From Vicugna vicugna (lineage: Eukaryota), in the NCBI GenBank assembly GCA_013265495.1, contig MU057711.1:806001-870000 (forward strand): a stretch of 64,000 nucleotides of DNA, read 5' to 3'. Under the pieces are notes generated by a model. It saw nothing but the letters and a program-made list of their open reading frames with translations, ran no database searches and was not told where the DNA came from. Positions 37,617 through 49,936 of this stretch are shown here, in pieces (positions within the stretch are counted from its first letter, which is position 1; every line of letters starts with the position of its first letter). Both the position numbers and the translations under genes were made by a program.

Positions 37617-38030
37617 GTGAGTGACCGCGCCCCGGGGCGGGGCGTGCCGACAAGGGCCGTGGTTGTGACCGCAGAGGCACCCCATAGTTCCGTGACAGAG
37701 AGTGAGAGGAGCTGTAAATTGCCGGAAACGCCTTAAATCACAGACCTTTGCTTTTGAACTCCCATGGAGAGTCCAGTTCCCGCTTGAGGACTGTCTGACT
37801 AGAACCTGAGCTGGAAACCGGTTCCAAGGGTTTGTTTTGTTTCTCATTCCCCTCAGAATAGAATGAAATTGTTCTTCCAGACCCCCAATTTACTTGTACT
37901 GCCCATTAATATTCTGAAGGGTTTATTTACCCTAAACATTCATTTTTATCTGATTTTCTTTTTTAGGAGAAAAAGAAACAGGTTTAATTTTTCTACATTA
38001 AAATCCTTTTTTTTCCTCCCTTTTTTAAAG

Positions 38031-38221
38031 CTTCTGGAAGTTTTGATCTTCTTGAGAACACAGACATCCATCTGCACTTCCCAGCTGGAGCTGTCACAAA
38101 AGACGGACCATCTGCAGGAGTTACCATAGCAACCTGTCTCGCCTCACTTTTTAGTGGGCGGCTGGTGCGTTCGGATGTAGCCATGACTGGTGAAATCACA
38201 CTGCGAGGTCTTGTTCTTCCA
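38031..38221 (+). CDS. LONP2: LONP2 coding exon 14 with catalytic Ser: [64 protein letters not shown]
   Basis: ttttttaaag| and |gtaagt; 191 nt, phase 1 to 0; KDGPSAG and [10 protein letters not shown] motifs. Confidence 0.98.
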
Positions 38222-40269
38222 GTAAGTATAAAGAAACCTATTTATATGGTTTTTAAATTTTTAAATTAAAAAAGGTTATTAATAGTATTTTAAAATTTAA
38301 ATTAATAGTGTTTTGCCTTCTTCCTATGAATGTCTTAGTTTTAAACACAGATTGAATTTTTACACCTGTAATTCAGATTTTTAAATTTTGATCAAATAAA
38401 GGGAAAACAGACAAATTTCCCCATGTCTTCCCTTCTACTAAGAAAGAAGACTTGCTGAGGGAAAAAATACCAGCCTGGGCATCAGAAGTATCTGCTGTTC
38501 AGGTGAAGATTTGAGGTTTTGTCCTAGTTAACAAATTGTTAAATATATAGATTGCCTATGTGTAAAATAGCTGTTTTAAAATGTTAAGCCCAATTCTCAC
38601 CTTTTGAAGTTCCTGTGAGACCTCCTGTCCCCCTGTAGATCACTTCGATTACTGTAGTTGATAAATCTATGGAAAAGAAGTGGTATAAAATAGAAATTGT
38701 AGTAAAGACTAACCATGCCTAATTGCTAAATTTTGAAAAGGTTCTGTACATACGGGGCTTTGGGGCTCCAGTCCGTATCGTAATTACTTATGATACACTG
38801 AAAAATGCACAGAGAGATCATTTAGAGGTTTAAGTCACTAGTTAGCAGCACCAGTCTGCAATTAAGTTTTGGCAGGCTCACACCAAAAAGAGGGAAAAAA
38901 AAGAAGGAATATTTTTTATTCTGAAAATGCCTTTATTTTCTGAGGTAATGGTGACAGTAGATCATAGAATCACCAGTTAAGATCACTAACAATTTAGCTC
39001 TCAGTTCCCTAAGTTTTTAAATTCAATTCAACCAGAAAGTCATATTCTAAGCTTATTTATTATGATATAACTATGTATCTGCACTCAAAAGGAATGCTGA
39101 TCTCTTTTCTCCACCTGACCCAGGAACCGTTGCATCTCAGGTGACAGCAGTGGTTAACACTAGCTGTGCTACTGAAGGGAGATGAACAGGTGCTTTACTG
39201 ACCATAAACTCTTCAGCTTCCCAGTTCAAAATGGTGGGCTAAGCAAGGAATAAAGGGACTAAATTCCAACAGTCATAAATGAGTGAGGAGCCATCAGCTG
39301 ATAGTTCAGCCAACTTCTAGAAGATGGAAGTGTCCTGGCTGCTGAAACAGAACTGGAAGGAGAGACAGTGTTCCTAGCAGGAACCTGGTGAGAAGCACTG
39401 GCTCAGAGCCAGAAGGTACAGACCAGGAGAACAGGAAGGAGGTGGGAAACAGACACCAGGGGATTGGTTGAAATGTCCACAGAACAAATGGCTCTTCCAC
39501 GTGGTCCCTTGCTCTCAGAGCAGATCACACCCAGGCAGAGGCTTCCCCACCCCCGTGGAGAGTCCCAGCAGCTCTGAGTAAGCCTGCAGTTGAAACTACC
39601 ATCTGAGACGTGGAGAAAAGCAGCAGCATTTAAAAGAACGACCTGCTAAGGCTAGAGAACACATGACTCAAGAACAGAGGATAGGACAAAGCTCTTAGAT
39701 TTAAAAGTATGGTTTTAAGAATTGGTCAAAGAACCATTCAGAAAAAAATAATAGAAAAAAGCAATATGACAGACCCAGCATCTAGCTAAACAGAGAAAAT
39801 GGAGTAAAGCAAATCGTCAAAGAAATAATGGAGCGTTTCCTAGAACTGAAGGTTATCTTCAGGTTGGAAGGAGCTGCACCAGCGAGGAAGAAGGGTTTCA
39901 TCCTCCTGACTCTTCAGATCACCCAGGAAAGAGCGTTCTCATCAGGGACACTGGATGAACGGTGCCTTCAAAACTGACGGGAAATGATTTTAAATCAAAT
40001 CTTGTATGCACGGCCAATCAGTGTGAAAGCAACATAGACAGACATTTTTACACATGCACGGAATCGGTTTATCTTATACTTTCTGAAGAAGGTTATCTTG
40101 GAAGTATAGTTCAGCTTCATAAAGAAAAGGCCTGGAAAGAGAGTGACAGGGGGCAGGATGACCACTGCACCAGGAGGGCCTGCAGAACAGCCAGTGTCGG
40201 GGCAGCAGTGCGGGAGCGCTCCCGAGAAGGCGTCTCCAGGAATCGCACGTTCTAGGTGGCGTGCTCCTT

Positions 40270-40745
40270 CGTTATCTGTTGCTGCATACACACCACCCCA
40301 AAGCAGTATTTTTTTATTCTCAGTTTCTGTGGGTCAGGAATTCAGGAGAGGCTTAGTTGGGCCCTTCTGGCTCAGGGTCTCTGCCACGTTGCAGTCATCT
40401 GAAGGTGGGCTGGGGCGGCGGGATCTGCTTCCATCGTGGCTCACTCATGTAACTGCAGATTGGTGCTGGTTGGCAGGAGGCCCCAGTTGCTCACCTTAGG
40501 GCTTCTCCATAGGCTGTTTGGGTGACCTCAGACATGGCAGCTGGTGACCTCCAGGGCAAGAGATTCAAGAGAGATCCAGGCAGAAACTCTTACTTTTTAA
40601 TGACTTAATATTGGAAGTCGTAGAGCATCACTTTCCACACTTTTTCTTATAAGTGAATTGCTAAGTCTGGCACACATTCAAGGGAAGGGAATTAGACTCC
40701 ACCTTTTGAAGGGACCATCGATTCTGGATGTATTTTAAAACCACC
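40270..40745 (-). mobile_element. MLT1-like solo LTR inside an old L1/HAL1-like remnant (~39500-41130)
   Basis: 'ttatctgttgctgcat...ctcagtttctgtgggtcaggaattcagg...gattcaagagag...aaggggaattagactccacctttt' is typical MLT1 text. Confidence 0.7.
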
Positions 40746-41215
40746 ATGAGAGCCTGGATCACCTGGAAATATGTTTTCTTCATCAGGTGGCACAGAGGTC
40801 ATCATGGCTGTAACCCTATGCAGAAGGAAATAACCCTGGCATGCAGCTAAGCTGTGTAGGAGTGGTATTTATGGTCCAAACAATGTAATGCTTTTTCAGA
40901 GTCAATCCACAAACAAGAGTGTTGTGAGTAGACAGGAACATAAATGTTAACCTTGACAATATAAAAGGGATAATAGACAAAAGAGGTGCTTATTCCTATC
41001 AAAAATTTAGTTTCTCCCATTAAAAGGACTTAATATACTAATTGAAATGTAAAGAACTTACCATTAATGTTTTTAGTGGATTTCCTGGCTCATGCTGTTA
41101 AAAAATGGAAGACGATTTGGATGTTTTAAAATAGCTGTGAAAGAAAGGTGGGTCAGGATTTCTTCCACAGCCTGAGGATGACCATAAACTTTAATCACGT
41201 TCTTCTCTCCTACAG

Positions 41216-41437
41216 GTGGGTGGAATTAAAGACAAAGTGCTGGCAGCACACAGAGCGGGACTGAAGCGTGTCATTATCCCTCAGAGGAATGAAAAAGACC
41301 TTGAAGAAATCCCAGGCAATGTCCGGCAGGATTTAAGCTTTGTCACAGCAAGCTGCCTGGATGAAGTTCTTAATGCAGCTTTTGATGGTGGTTTTACTGT
41401 CAAGACCAGGCCTGGTCTCTTAAATAGCAAACTGTAG
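41216..41437 (+). CDS. LONP2: LONP2 last coding exon: VGGIKDKVLAAHRAG...GLLNSKL* (catalytic Lys; PTS1 signal SKL)
   Basis: ctcctacag| acceptor, phase 0; GGIKDK motif; ends SKL-TAG, the canonical peroxisomal targeting signal 1. Confidence 0.98.
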   Translation: MGGIKDKVLAAHRAGLKRVIIPQRNEKDLEEIPGNVRQDLSFVTASCLDEVLNAAFDGGFTVKTRPGLLNSKL

Positions 41438-41611
41438 GCCCAAATCAACTTTTCAGAATTTTAAGTTTTAAAGTGCCAAAAAGGTACTGACAGGATGATT
41501 TTATCCACACCAGTAGGGGTAAGCAAAATGTGCCTGATTTGTGAACATAATCACAGCAGTAACACACCTGACTCAAGGGGTGGCTAGTGTTTATTACAGA
41601 AATGTTAATTT

Positions 41612-41617
41612 AATAAA
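41612..41617 (+). terminator. Candidate LONP2 proximal poly(A) signal AATAAA (second at 41965-41970)
   Basis: First AATAAA ~175 nt after the stop; usage cannot be shown from sequence. Confidence 0.45.
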
Positions 41618-41683
41618 TGGATAAAATCGGAATTGAATTCTTACCTTTAGTGGGTGCATTACTGTCCCTGGAAAGGTCTGGAA

Positions 41684-41844
41684 CAGTGGTTCTCATGTGG
41701 TCCCAGAACAGAAACACCTGAGAACTTGTGAGAAATGTAAATTCTCAAAGCCTGTCAGCAGACCTTCTGAATCAAACTCGAGGGGTAGTACCCATAAATC
41801 TTTCACTAAGCCACCCAGTCAGTACTCAAGGTCAGGAACCACTG
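41684..41844. mobile_element. MER5A-like hAT MITE
   Basis: Terminal inverted repeats cagtggttc...gaaccactg; internal 'gagaacttgtgagaaatgtaaattctc...gaccttctgaatcaaactc'. Confidence 0.75.
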
Positions 41845-43009
41845 GTATAGACCATTATTACCTTAACAGATTCACCTGTAGACTTCATTGGACCCTGAAA
41901 ACAATCACTTAGAAGGGAAACTGGGCAAAGGTGACAATATAGCCAATTAACAGTCTTTGTGGAAAATAAAGTATTCAGGTGATGCAAACTCTACGTTGAG
42001 GCCTATACATCCCAATATAGGTCCCTTCTTATGCTGAGGGAAGTCGCCCTGTAAACATTGGTCATTTTTATCAGGCAGAGGGCACATGTTACAGAAACAC
42101 ACTGGCCCTGTCATCTTAGGAAAAAGTCCAGTCTCCAGAGGGAAGCGGCCGTCATCCTGGGATGGCCCCTAGCCTGACTACTGCGGCCTCCTTTTCTGTT
42201 CCTTGTTTGCCTGTGCCAGTCCCAGTTCTGGTAGACTTTCCAAGCCTCTCTTCTCCTGCGACTCAGTCCATGGTATGGATAACTACGAAGTTAGGCTTCT
42301 CTACTTACTGGCATTTAAACTTTCTGTATCTTAGTTTTCCTTACCTTTAAAATGTAAATAGTAGTACTCATCAGTGTTACTGTGAAGATAAAGTTAGAAT
42401 GCAGCATAAAATAACATTGAGCAATGGCTAATCATTATTCCTACGGGTAATGGAATCCTATACTACAAAATACAAGGACAGATACATAAACTTTGGAATT
42501 TCCTGCATAAGAATGGGGTCTACAGGTTACCCAAATACTGAACTCACGCTTGCTAGTAAAAATCTGAATGCGTTCTGGGAGGGCAAGTCCAGATCTGGGG
42601 AGAGTGAGCGAGCACTGAGAAGTTAGACAGCCTTTCAATCTCTTACCACTACTGTGATTTTATTTCTGTTCCATCATCTTACAAGGGAGGAAAAGAAGCT
42701 ATGATGTTAATTTGTTCTCAGCAACCAGAGAGAGCTAATCGATACCCACATTGCTCTGCCTTGTTCCACCCGGCACAGGCAATGCATCACACTTTAAAAA
42801 GTGGGAGTTACCTGTATTCTTCGAGAGTCCTGAGCATGCAGCTCTGTACCGGTCTGTAAGCAGTAGGGCATCTTCTGTGCCCTCTAGCTATGAGCACACA
42901 TGTCCTTACTAAAGGAGCCAGCTGAGAAAACCTGGACGTGTGCAGAGTTTTAACAGTATGACCATTTCTCTAGCATTGTTTTTGGTTTTTTAAGTCTAAG
43001 CTTTTACTC

Positions 43010-43615
43010 ACTTGTTTTTTATACTGTGCAAGATAATTTACCATTTTAACTTGCAAGTTTGCAACTCAGGGATGTTAATTACACTCAGTGTTGTACAACT
43101 ATTACCACTAGCCATAACCAAAACTTTGTCGTCATCTTACTGAAACTGTGTCCACTCATCAGTGACTCCCCATTCCTCCATCCCCTAGACCCGTTACACT
43201 ATTTTGTCTCTATACATCTGCCTATTCTAAGTACCTTATATAAGTGGAATCATTGTGTAGCTGTCCTTTTACATCTGGCACATTTCACTTAGCATGTGGA
43301 GGTTTATCCCTGTTGCAGCATGTATCAGAATTTCTTCAAGACTGAATAATATTCCACTGTTTGCACATGCCACACTCTCATTCATCTGTTGTTTCTACCA
43401 CTAGGCTACAGCTATTCAAGTCCGTTTTTCATCCTTTTGGAAATACACCTGCAGAACCACCCTGGCTTCCCACTAACAATACACAGTTTCCAGTTTCCCC
43501 AAGTCCATGCCAGCACTTTCCATTCTTGATAATGGCCATCCTGAAGGTGTGAAGAAGCATCTTGTTGTTCTGCTTCGCATTTCCCTAGTGACTAACGATG
43601 CTGATGATCCTCTTC
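43010..43615 (-). mobile_element. Old L1 3' fragment (L1MB-like)
   Basis: 'tataagtggaatcat...catttcacttagcatg...ataatattccactgt...ataatggccatcctg...catttccctagtgactaacgatgctga'. Confidence 0.7.
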
Positions 43616-46600
43616 TAGACTGTATAAGAAGTGTTTCCCAAAGACCCCCTATATATATTGCAGTCAGCTGGGGTTTTTGAGACCTGCTGCTGAAGTCAAA
43701 TTCCAGTTCAGCAGGCCTAGAGGTGAGGGCCTGGAATCTGTGTATCTAAACGGTGCTCTCCATGCTTTTGTGTATGGGCTTTTAAGGCTCTTCAAGTATC
43801 ACAACTATATAACGCTTTCTTGGTAATCAAGAAATTCTGTACTAGTCCGGGGGGGGGGGGACACGTTTTTGACTTGGCTCTGCCCCTTCTGTTTGAACCT
43901 TACTGCAAACCATGTCAGAGACACAGATCTTTAGTACTTCTGATTTCCTCTGTGCAGATACAGTGGAAGATGCCATCAAAGTGAGTGATCCTGTTTAACA
44001 TCAGTTTATAAATCTGTGACCATAGTTTAGATCCCCTGACTACATGAGAGGTATTTAAAGGATACTAAACATACCTGAATTTTTTTAAAATAAGGGGAGG
44101 GAGATTAAAAAAAAAAAAGTATATGTGCTGAGTGAAACAGATTTCCTTCTTTGCTTTTCTTCCCTTGACATCAGTCAAGATTTGCATTCTGGTCACAGCA
44201 CAGATCCTCTTCATCAGAAGTGTGGGGATGCAAAGTCACGTCCATCTCCAGTGCCATCTGAGTTGTAGTGGCTGCTGGAAATGCAGAAGTCTGATTCCTG
44301 TCATCTGAGCACAGTGACTACTGATGTCTACCACTGTGGCCCCTGTACTAGGTGACCGGTCCACATTTAAACCTTACCAAAGTCAAGCAGGTTGTGAGGT
44401 AATCAACTGCTGAGGGCAGAGGACTTATTTCGTAATTTCCTTTAACAACCACTAAAATGAGGAAAACCTTCCTATAATTAAGGGACTTGACACTAAACCA
44501 CAAAGAATGTTAATTTTGCCAATTCTCCTTTCAAATCCAAAGTTTATTTTGTATAGGACTATTAGATGCAAACATCATGAATGTTTGTTCTTTAATGTAA
44601 CATGATCAAACTCACATTATTTTGGCAAAAATGAGTTGTATTTAAGGGCCCATCTCCATGAAATTTTACCCAGCAGCTTAAAAAATGAAGACTGTAGAAG
44701 TAGTCATCCAATTTGATGATTTATATCCAATGCTATGCTTTTTTGTTTTACTAACATTTAATGGATACTGCCATGAAAATTATGCTGTTAATAAAAAAAA
44801 ACAAAAAACAAAAAACAAAACAAAACAAAAAAAACTTTCAAGCACCGAAACAGGAAGGAAATATTAAAAGGACCTGAAAAGACACAATAGGGAAGTACAG
44901 TGAATGGCCATGGAAGTGTTTTAAAACAGCTGTATCAAGTTGTTTTTTTTTTTTAATCTAGGAAAAGCTTTATCTGCTATGAAAATTCACTTTTTTGGAA
45001 CATATTAGGTATAGTTTATTCTTACCAATGAGCTAAAGAATGTGTTCAACATTCTTGGATCTAATTTTAAAAAGCAGATTAAAAATTTTTAACTTAAGTT
45101 CAATTCTAAAATACCAGCACATTTCTAGGCAATAGGAACTAAGACCCTTCAGGCTAAATCCTATCTTGACATGACAGTGCATGCGTGTCGAAGTGTGACT
45201 GTATTATAAAACCAAATATTCTTTCATACCAGAATTTAGAAAGGCCTAAAAAAAAAATACATTATTTTCAAAGAAAACTCTGAGCTGCATAAGGTTAAGG
45301 GAAGTGTCTGGTTCAGCAGGGCAATGAGGATACAGCACCAAGACTGAAGCACACTCAGCCATCCTCACTCCCTCATGAGGCAGACACCAGTACACCTTTT
45401 ACAGAGGAAGAAGCTAGGCAGAGCCAACTTAAATCCAAGTTAGTACAAGAGGGTCAGAATTCAAGCCCAGGCAGTGAGAACCTACAGCCCACACTTTATA
45501 TTTTGGTAGGTGCTTGATAAAGTATTAAACTGTAATTTGGGGAATGATGCTGTTTTGAGGTAACTGTTTCTTTTGGTAGATGATTCAACTAGCTTAACAT
45601 CGTAAGCAGTAAACCACCAAATAATCCTTTGTAACATGCAAGGTAGGTAGGTGGGAAGGGGGATGACTAAGGTTCTAGCAGTGCATTCAGTCTACAGATT
45701 TTCAGAAGATTCTATCTGTACCTTTCTTGTATAACCTACATTAAATGACTACAGTACCAGTTGGTAGGTCATACACTCCATTCACCCTCTCTGTTCTGAT
45801 CTTACTCTGGTCTAATGCAGCAGTCACAGACTGACCCCCCACATATGTCTAGTTTGATCCAGGTTTTGTTTTTTAATCTGGGTTACTTATCAATTCTTCC
45901 ACAGAAGAATCTGAATGAAATAAAATTCTGCCATTAGTAGAATCATTGCAGATGCTCTTAGAAGATATAAAAGTTCTTGAGCTGGGTGGGGCAAGGGGAC
46001 AACTAAGATTTTTGGTGAATCAAAACATCTACACCCATTCATGTTAAAGTTTGCAGAACTGAGAGCCTTCTAAAAAGTCATACATACTGTAATAAAAATC
46101 ACTCAAAGCAAAAAAAAAAAAATCAAATCATTAACATTAAACTGGTCCATGAGTCAACAAGACAAATTAAAGTTTAAGAATATAAAAGAACAAAGTTACC
46201 CCTACCCTATACAATCCCCTGAAAGAAAAAACCAAGATACCAGAAGGGGTGGGGACATCAATAGGAGAAAGTAGAATATTGATTATAATAAAGACGATTT
46301 AGGAACAAGAGTTAGACCTCAGATAACAAAAATCAAATGGACCCAGAAATCAAGCTCTGGGTCTCACTATCCCTATAGGCCCAGAATATGAAGGCAACTT
46401 AGAGGAAATATAGTTAACAAATATTAAAATGTCCCTTATTACCTATCAAACACACTAAATGTACCATCTTAGTTTGCATAACTTAACAAAACATGAGGTA
46501 ACAACCAACTGGAAAATCTTTCACACTGCTACCATAAGTTTCCACTGAAACCTCTCCAGAAAGCAATGAAAAACACATTAAGACCTTAAAAAAAAAGAAT

Positions 46601-47429
46601 TCCAGGAATATAATCAGGAAACATGTAGAAATGTTCACAGGCTATTTATAATTAGCCAAAAATTTACCCGGATAAACTGAACAAAGCAAATATCCAACAC
46701 TGAGAAATTGGATAAAATTATAATCAATCCTCACAAAAGTTACCCCAAATTTTTTTCCAAGATCATTAAAGCTGTGAAATGCTTAGATGATCATGTTACG
46801 TGTGGGGGTGTGAGGGAGTTAAGATAATTACATGATCCCAAATTATATGATTTCAAAATAAATGTGTATCAACACATGTAAATACACATAAAGGATTAGA
46901 AATACGAAAATGTTCATAGTCACCTCTGAATGAGTAAGATTACAGACCCTACTGTGGGTGCCAGTCTATATAATGAACATCTACTACTTTTAGAATCAAA
47001 GAAACATTTTAAAAACACAAGTAATTCAATATATTAAATGAGGGGGCAAAACTGCTTTTCTAACCACACATGCTAATAGGAACAGACCTGGATATACACT
47101 GGTGGTTGACCTGTTCTCTTTCACCACAAAAACGGCTACACAAGCACAAGTTCTAACCAATTCAAAAAACACTGCTCATGTAGGAAACTACACAAACTTC
47201 TTTCCTGAGAACAGTTAACAGAAGCAAACTGCGCTGTCCAGAACTGGGGGTGGGGTAAGGGGTAAGTCCAAACTAGCTTTACCTGACTTTCTATGTTTAG
47301 GATACCCATAAATAACACACAAAAGAAAATGATCTCTGGCCAACCGAAGGCAATTTCAGAATCTTGCTAGGTGCCGCAGAGTTAACTAGCGACAGTTAAC
47401 TAGATGGTGCTAGTTATAGGTATAAAAAT

Positions 47430-47650
47430 AGCAGCTAACATTCCCTGGGTGCTTATTATGTGCAGAGCACTGTTCTAGGTAACTTGTACCCCATTTAACC
47501 CTCGGAGGTAGCTACCATGATTAACCCCATTTTACACACTAGGAAACTGAGGCCCCAAATCACATAGCTGGCTGGTGAGTTAGAGCTAACACACGCATGA
47601 AGGTCCTTGGAAGTCTGGCTGCAGAACTCAGGCTCATAACCACTAGGTTA
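47430..47650. mobile_element. MIR SINE remnant (others near 22670, 25000, 30480, 42320, 45400, 57200, 60900)
   Basis: MIR-core-like 'gcttattatgtgcagagcactgttctagg...ccccattttacacactaggaaactgaggc'. Confidence 0.6.
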
Positions 47651-47844
47651 TGAAATATCTATTAACCCATTTTTGCTGTTGTTAAAGGAGGGAAAAGGTG
47701 ATCTGCATTGTAACTAATCAGCCTCCCAATAGAGTTATGAGAATCAAACTGTAAGCAAGAGGAAGGAAAAAAACAAGACTGCAGTCCAGAGGCCATCCAC
47801 CCATTCTTCTGCTATACTTTAAGAACAGATCTCTTACCTACCAA

Positions 47845-48243
47845 ACTTCAAAATACGGTACATTTATTGCTTTTGGCTATAAAGTACAGAATTGAACAGG
47901 AAAATAAGAGGATTTTAATCAAACTCAGAGTTAAAGCAGACACACAAGAGTTTTTAATTTGCCAGATATTCTTTTAATGGAATTATAAAAGACCAAAAAC
48001 ATTTTTTTTGCAAACTGCCTTTTTTTAAACAAATGATTTGCTTTTAATTACAAATACTGTGTAAGACGATGCCTTCTTTTGCAAAACCAATAAATACAAG
48101 AACAAATTTTAAACATATGTGATTTGTCCAAGATACTTGGGGGGAGGAGGAGAGCCTGATTTTTTTTCCAGTATTTAAAAAAAATCAGTATGCCCTAAAA
48201 CCTTTCAAAGAATAAATCTGAAGGTATGACTCAACTGGAGAGA

Positions 48244-48274
<31 letters not shown>

Positions 48275-49087
48275 CAGACCATCTTATAGCTGCTTTAAAT
48301 AGCTTCTGATAATTCTTCCAATGTTATCCTTCCTTTCTGGAACTCTTATCTTCACAAAATAGTCGAATTTAAAATACTTCTAATGAACTGATTAATGGGG
48401 GAAAAGAAAATATGTATTGAACATATATATAAATTTACCATAAACAATTATGCATATCAAAAAGACTAACTTTAAAAAGGTACAAAAAAAGTGAGGAAAA
48501 ACCTGAATTACAGAAAAGAAAGTCAAATTTATTTAATGAAAAACTAGAATTAATAAAAATTAGCAAGTACACACACAAAAAAATAATACACACACAGCAG
48601 CACTATGTATTGACTCACATAGGGGAAAAGCAGTGGTCCAAGACCACTCAACATGGCTTGTCAGTTAAAGGAAAAAAAAACAAAAAACCAAACACACACA
48701 GACACACTCACGCACACATACACACACGCACGCAAAAAACAGAACAAAAAACAAAAACCCAGTATTTTTCAACAGTACACTCAATCTACAACAAACACAA
48801 ATTCAGAATTATTTTACAATGCTTTCTTTCTTAATACAAAAGATGCCCATCTTGGGTGTATATATATATATTTTTTCAGTGGTTTACTGTTGACTTATTT
48901 TTAAATATATTAGTGTTACTACATGCAACTGTTTCCTGTATTTAACAGCCTTTCCTTTTATTTACCTTCATGTGTCTAGCTTCCACCTACCAAAAGTTTC
49001 AGGTTGGCAGACAGATGGGTGCCTTATTCTCTGTGAAACTGAATGCATTGGTTTTAAACACTGGCCAGAAATTGTTTGATTGCCATT
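47845..49087 (-). other. SIAH1: SIAH1 3' UTR, AU/U-rich, with candidate poly(A) signals
   Basis: Minus-strand AATAAA (plus TTTATT) at 48528-48533 and 47863-47868; simple repeats (GA)n ~48239-48275 and CA-rich ~48690-48730. 3' end inferred. Confidence 0.6.
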
Positions 49088-49936
49088 TCAACACATGGAA
49101 ATAGTTACATTGATGCCTAAATTGCCATTTTCTGCAAAAAGCTGTGCAATGCTGGTGTCAAAGACTAAGCAGTCACTATTCATAATGGCTGTTGCAATTC
49201 CCTCATGAATAGATCGAGGAGTGGCTTCCCAAGTCAATCGCCGCCTATGACCATTTAGCTCAAGTCGATAAGCAAAATTTTCAGCTTGCTTGCGCGTTCC
49301 TATCAGCTGTACAATTGCAAAGAATTGCTGGTGACCATCGTATTTTTCCTGTTTCTCCAAGACTAACATGAAGTGAAAGCCAAAACAGGACTGCATCATC
49401 ACCCAGTCAACAGCACCAGGAAGGTTAATGTCTGTAGCAAGGAAAACTATATCCTCTCCCTGCAGGGTTGTAATGGACTTATGCTGATGCATCAGATGCG
49501 GCATTACAGCATCCAAAGAGCCTTGCCATTTACAGGAAGCACCAGGGCACGGACAGGAATAAGGCCTAAACTCACAGAGCTCTTCGTGGTCTGCTTTTTC
49601 TGTGTGCGGCAGAGTTATTTCACATCCAGAAGAGGCGTATTTACAAGGGAAAAGTACTGAATTGGCCACTTTCTCCATAGCCAAGTTGCGAATGGATCCC
49701 AACGGGCCCCGGCAAGTTGGACAACATGTGAGCTTTGGGCGACAGTTGCTACAAACAAGATGGCCACTCTGACACTGAAGAATGGGTGGTAAGACATAGT
49801 CAAAGCAGACCGGACACTCAAAAAGACTCGCCAAGTCATTGTTGGATGCGGTCGTGCCAGTCAGGGCAGGCACCCTCTGGGACGGTGTACACTTTGAGGT
49901 TCCAGTAGGTAATGCTGTTGCAGTCTGACGGCTCAT
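49088..49936 (-). CDS. SIAH1: E3 ubiquitin ligase SIAH1, 282 aa, single coding exon
   Basis: [15 protein letters not shown]...; RING ([25 protein letters not shown]...CPTC), zinc fingers, SINA substrate-binding domain, ends NVTISMC*. Acceptor TTATTACAG|AA ATG with exon start at 49938. Confidence 0.99.
   Translation of the reverse strand: MSRQTATALPTGTSKCTPSQRVPALTGTTASNNDLASLFECPVCFDYVLPPILQCQSGHLVCSNCRPKLTCCPTCRGPLGSIRNLAMEKVANSVLFPCKYASSGCEITLPHTEKADHEELCEFRPYSCPCPGASCKWQGSLDAVMPHLMHQHKSITTLQGEDIVFLATDINLPGAVDWVMMQSCFGFHFMLVLEKQEKYDGHQQFFAIVQLIGTRKQAENFAYRLELNGHRRRLTWEATPRSIHEGIATAIMNSDCLVFDTSIAQLFAENGNLGINVTISMC

Noticed and set aside
49373..49839. Overlapping alternative-frame and antisense ORFs in SIAH1
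   Set aside because: By-products of the SIAH1 CDS.
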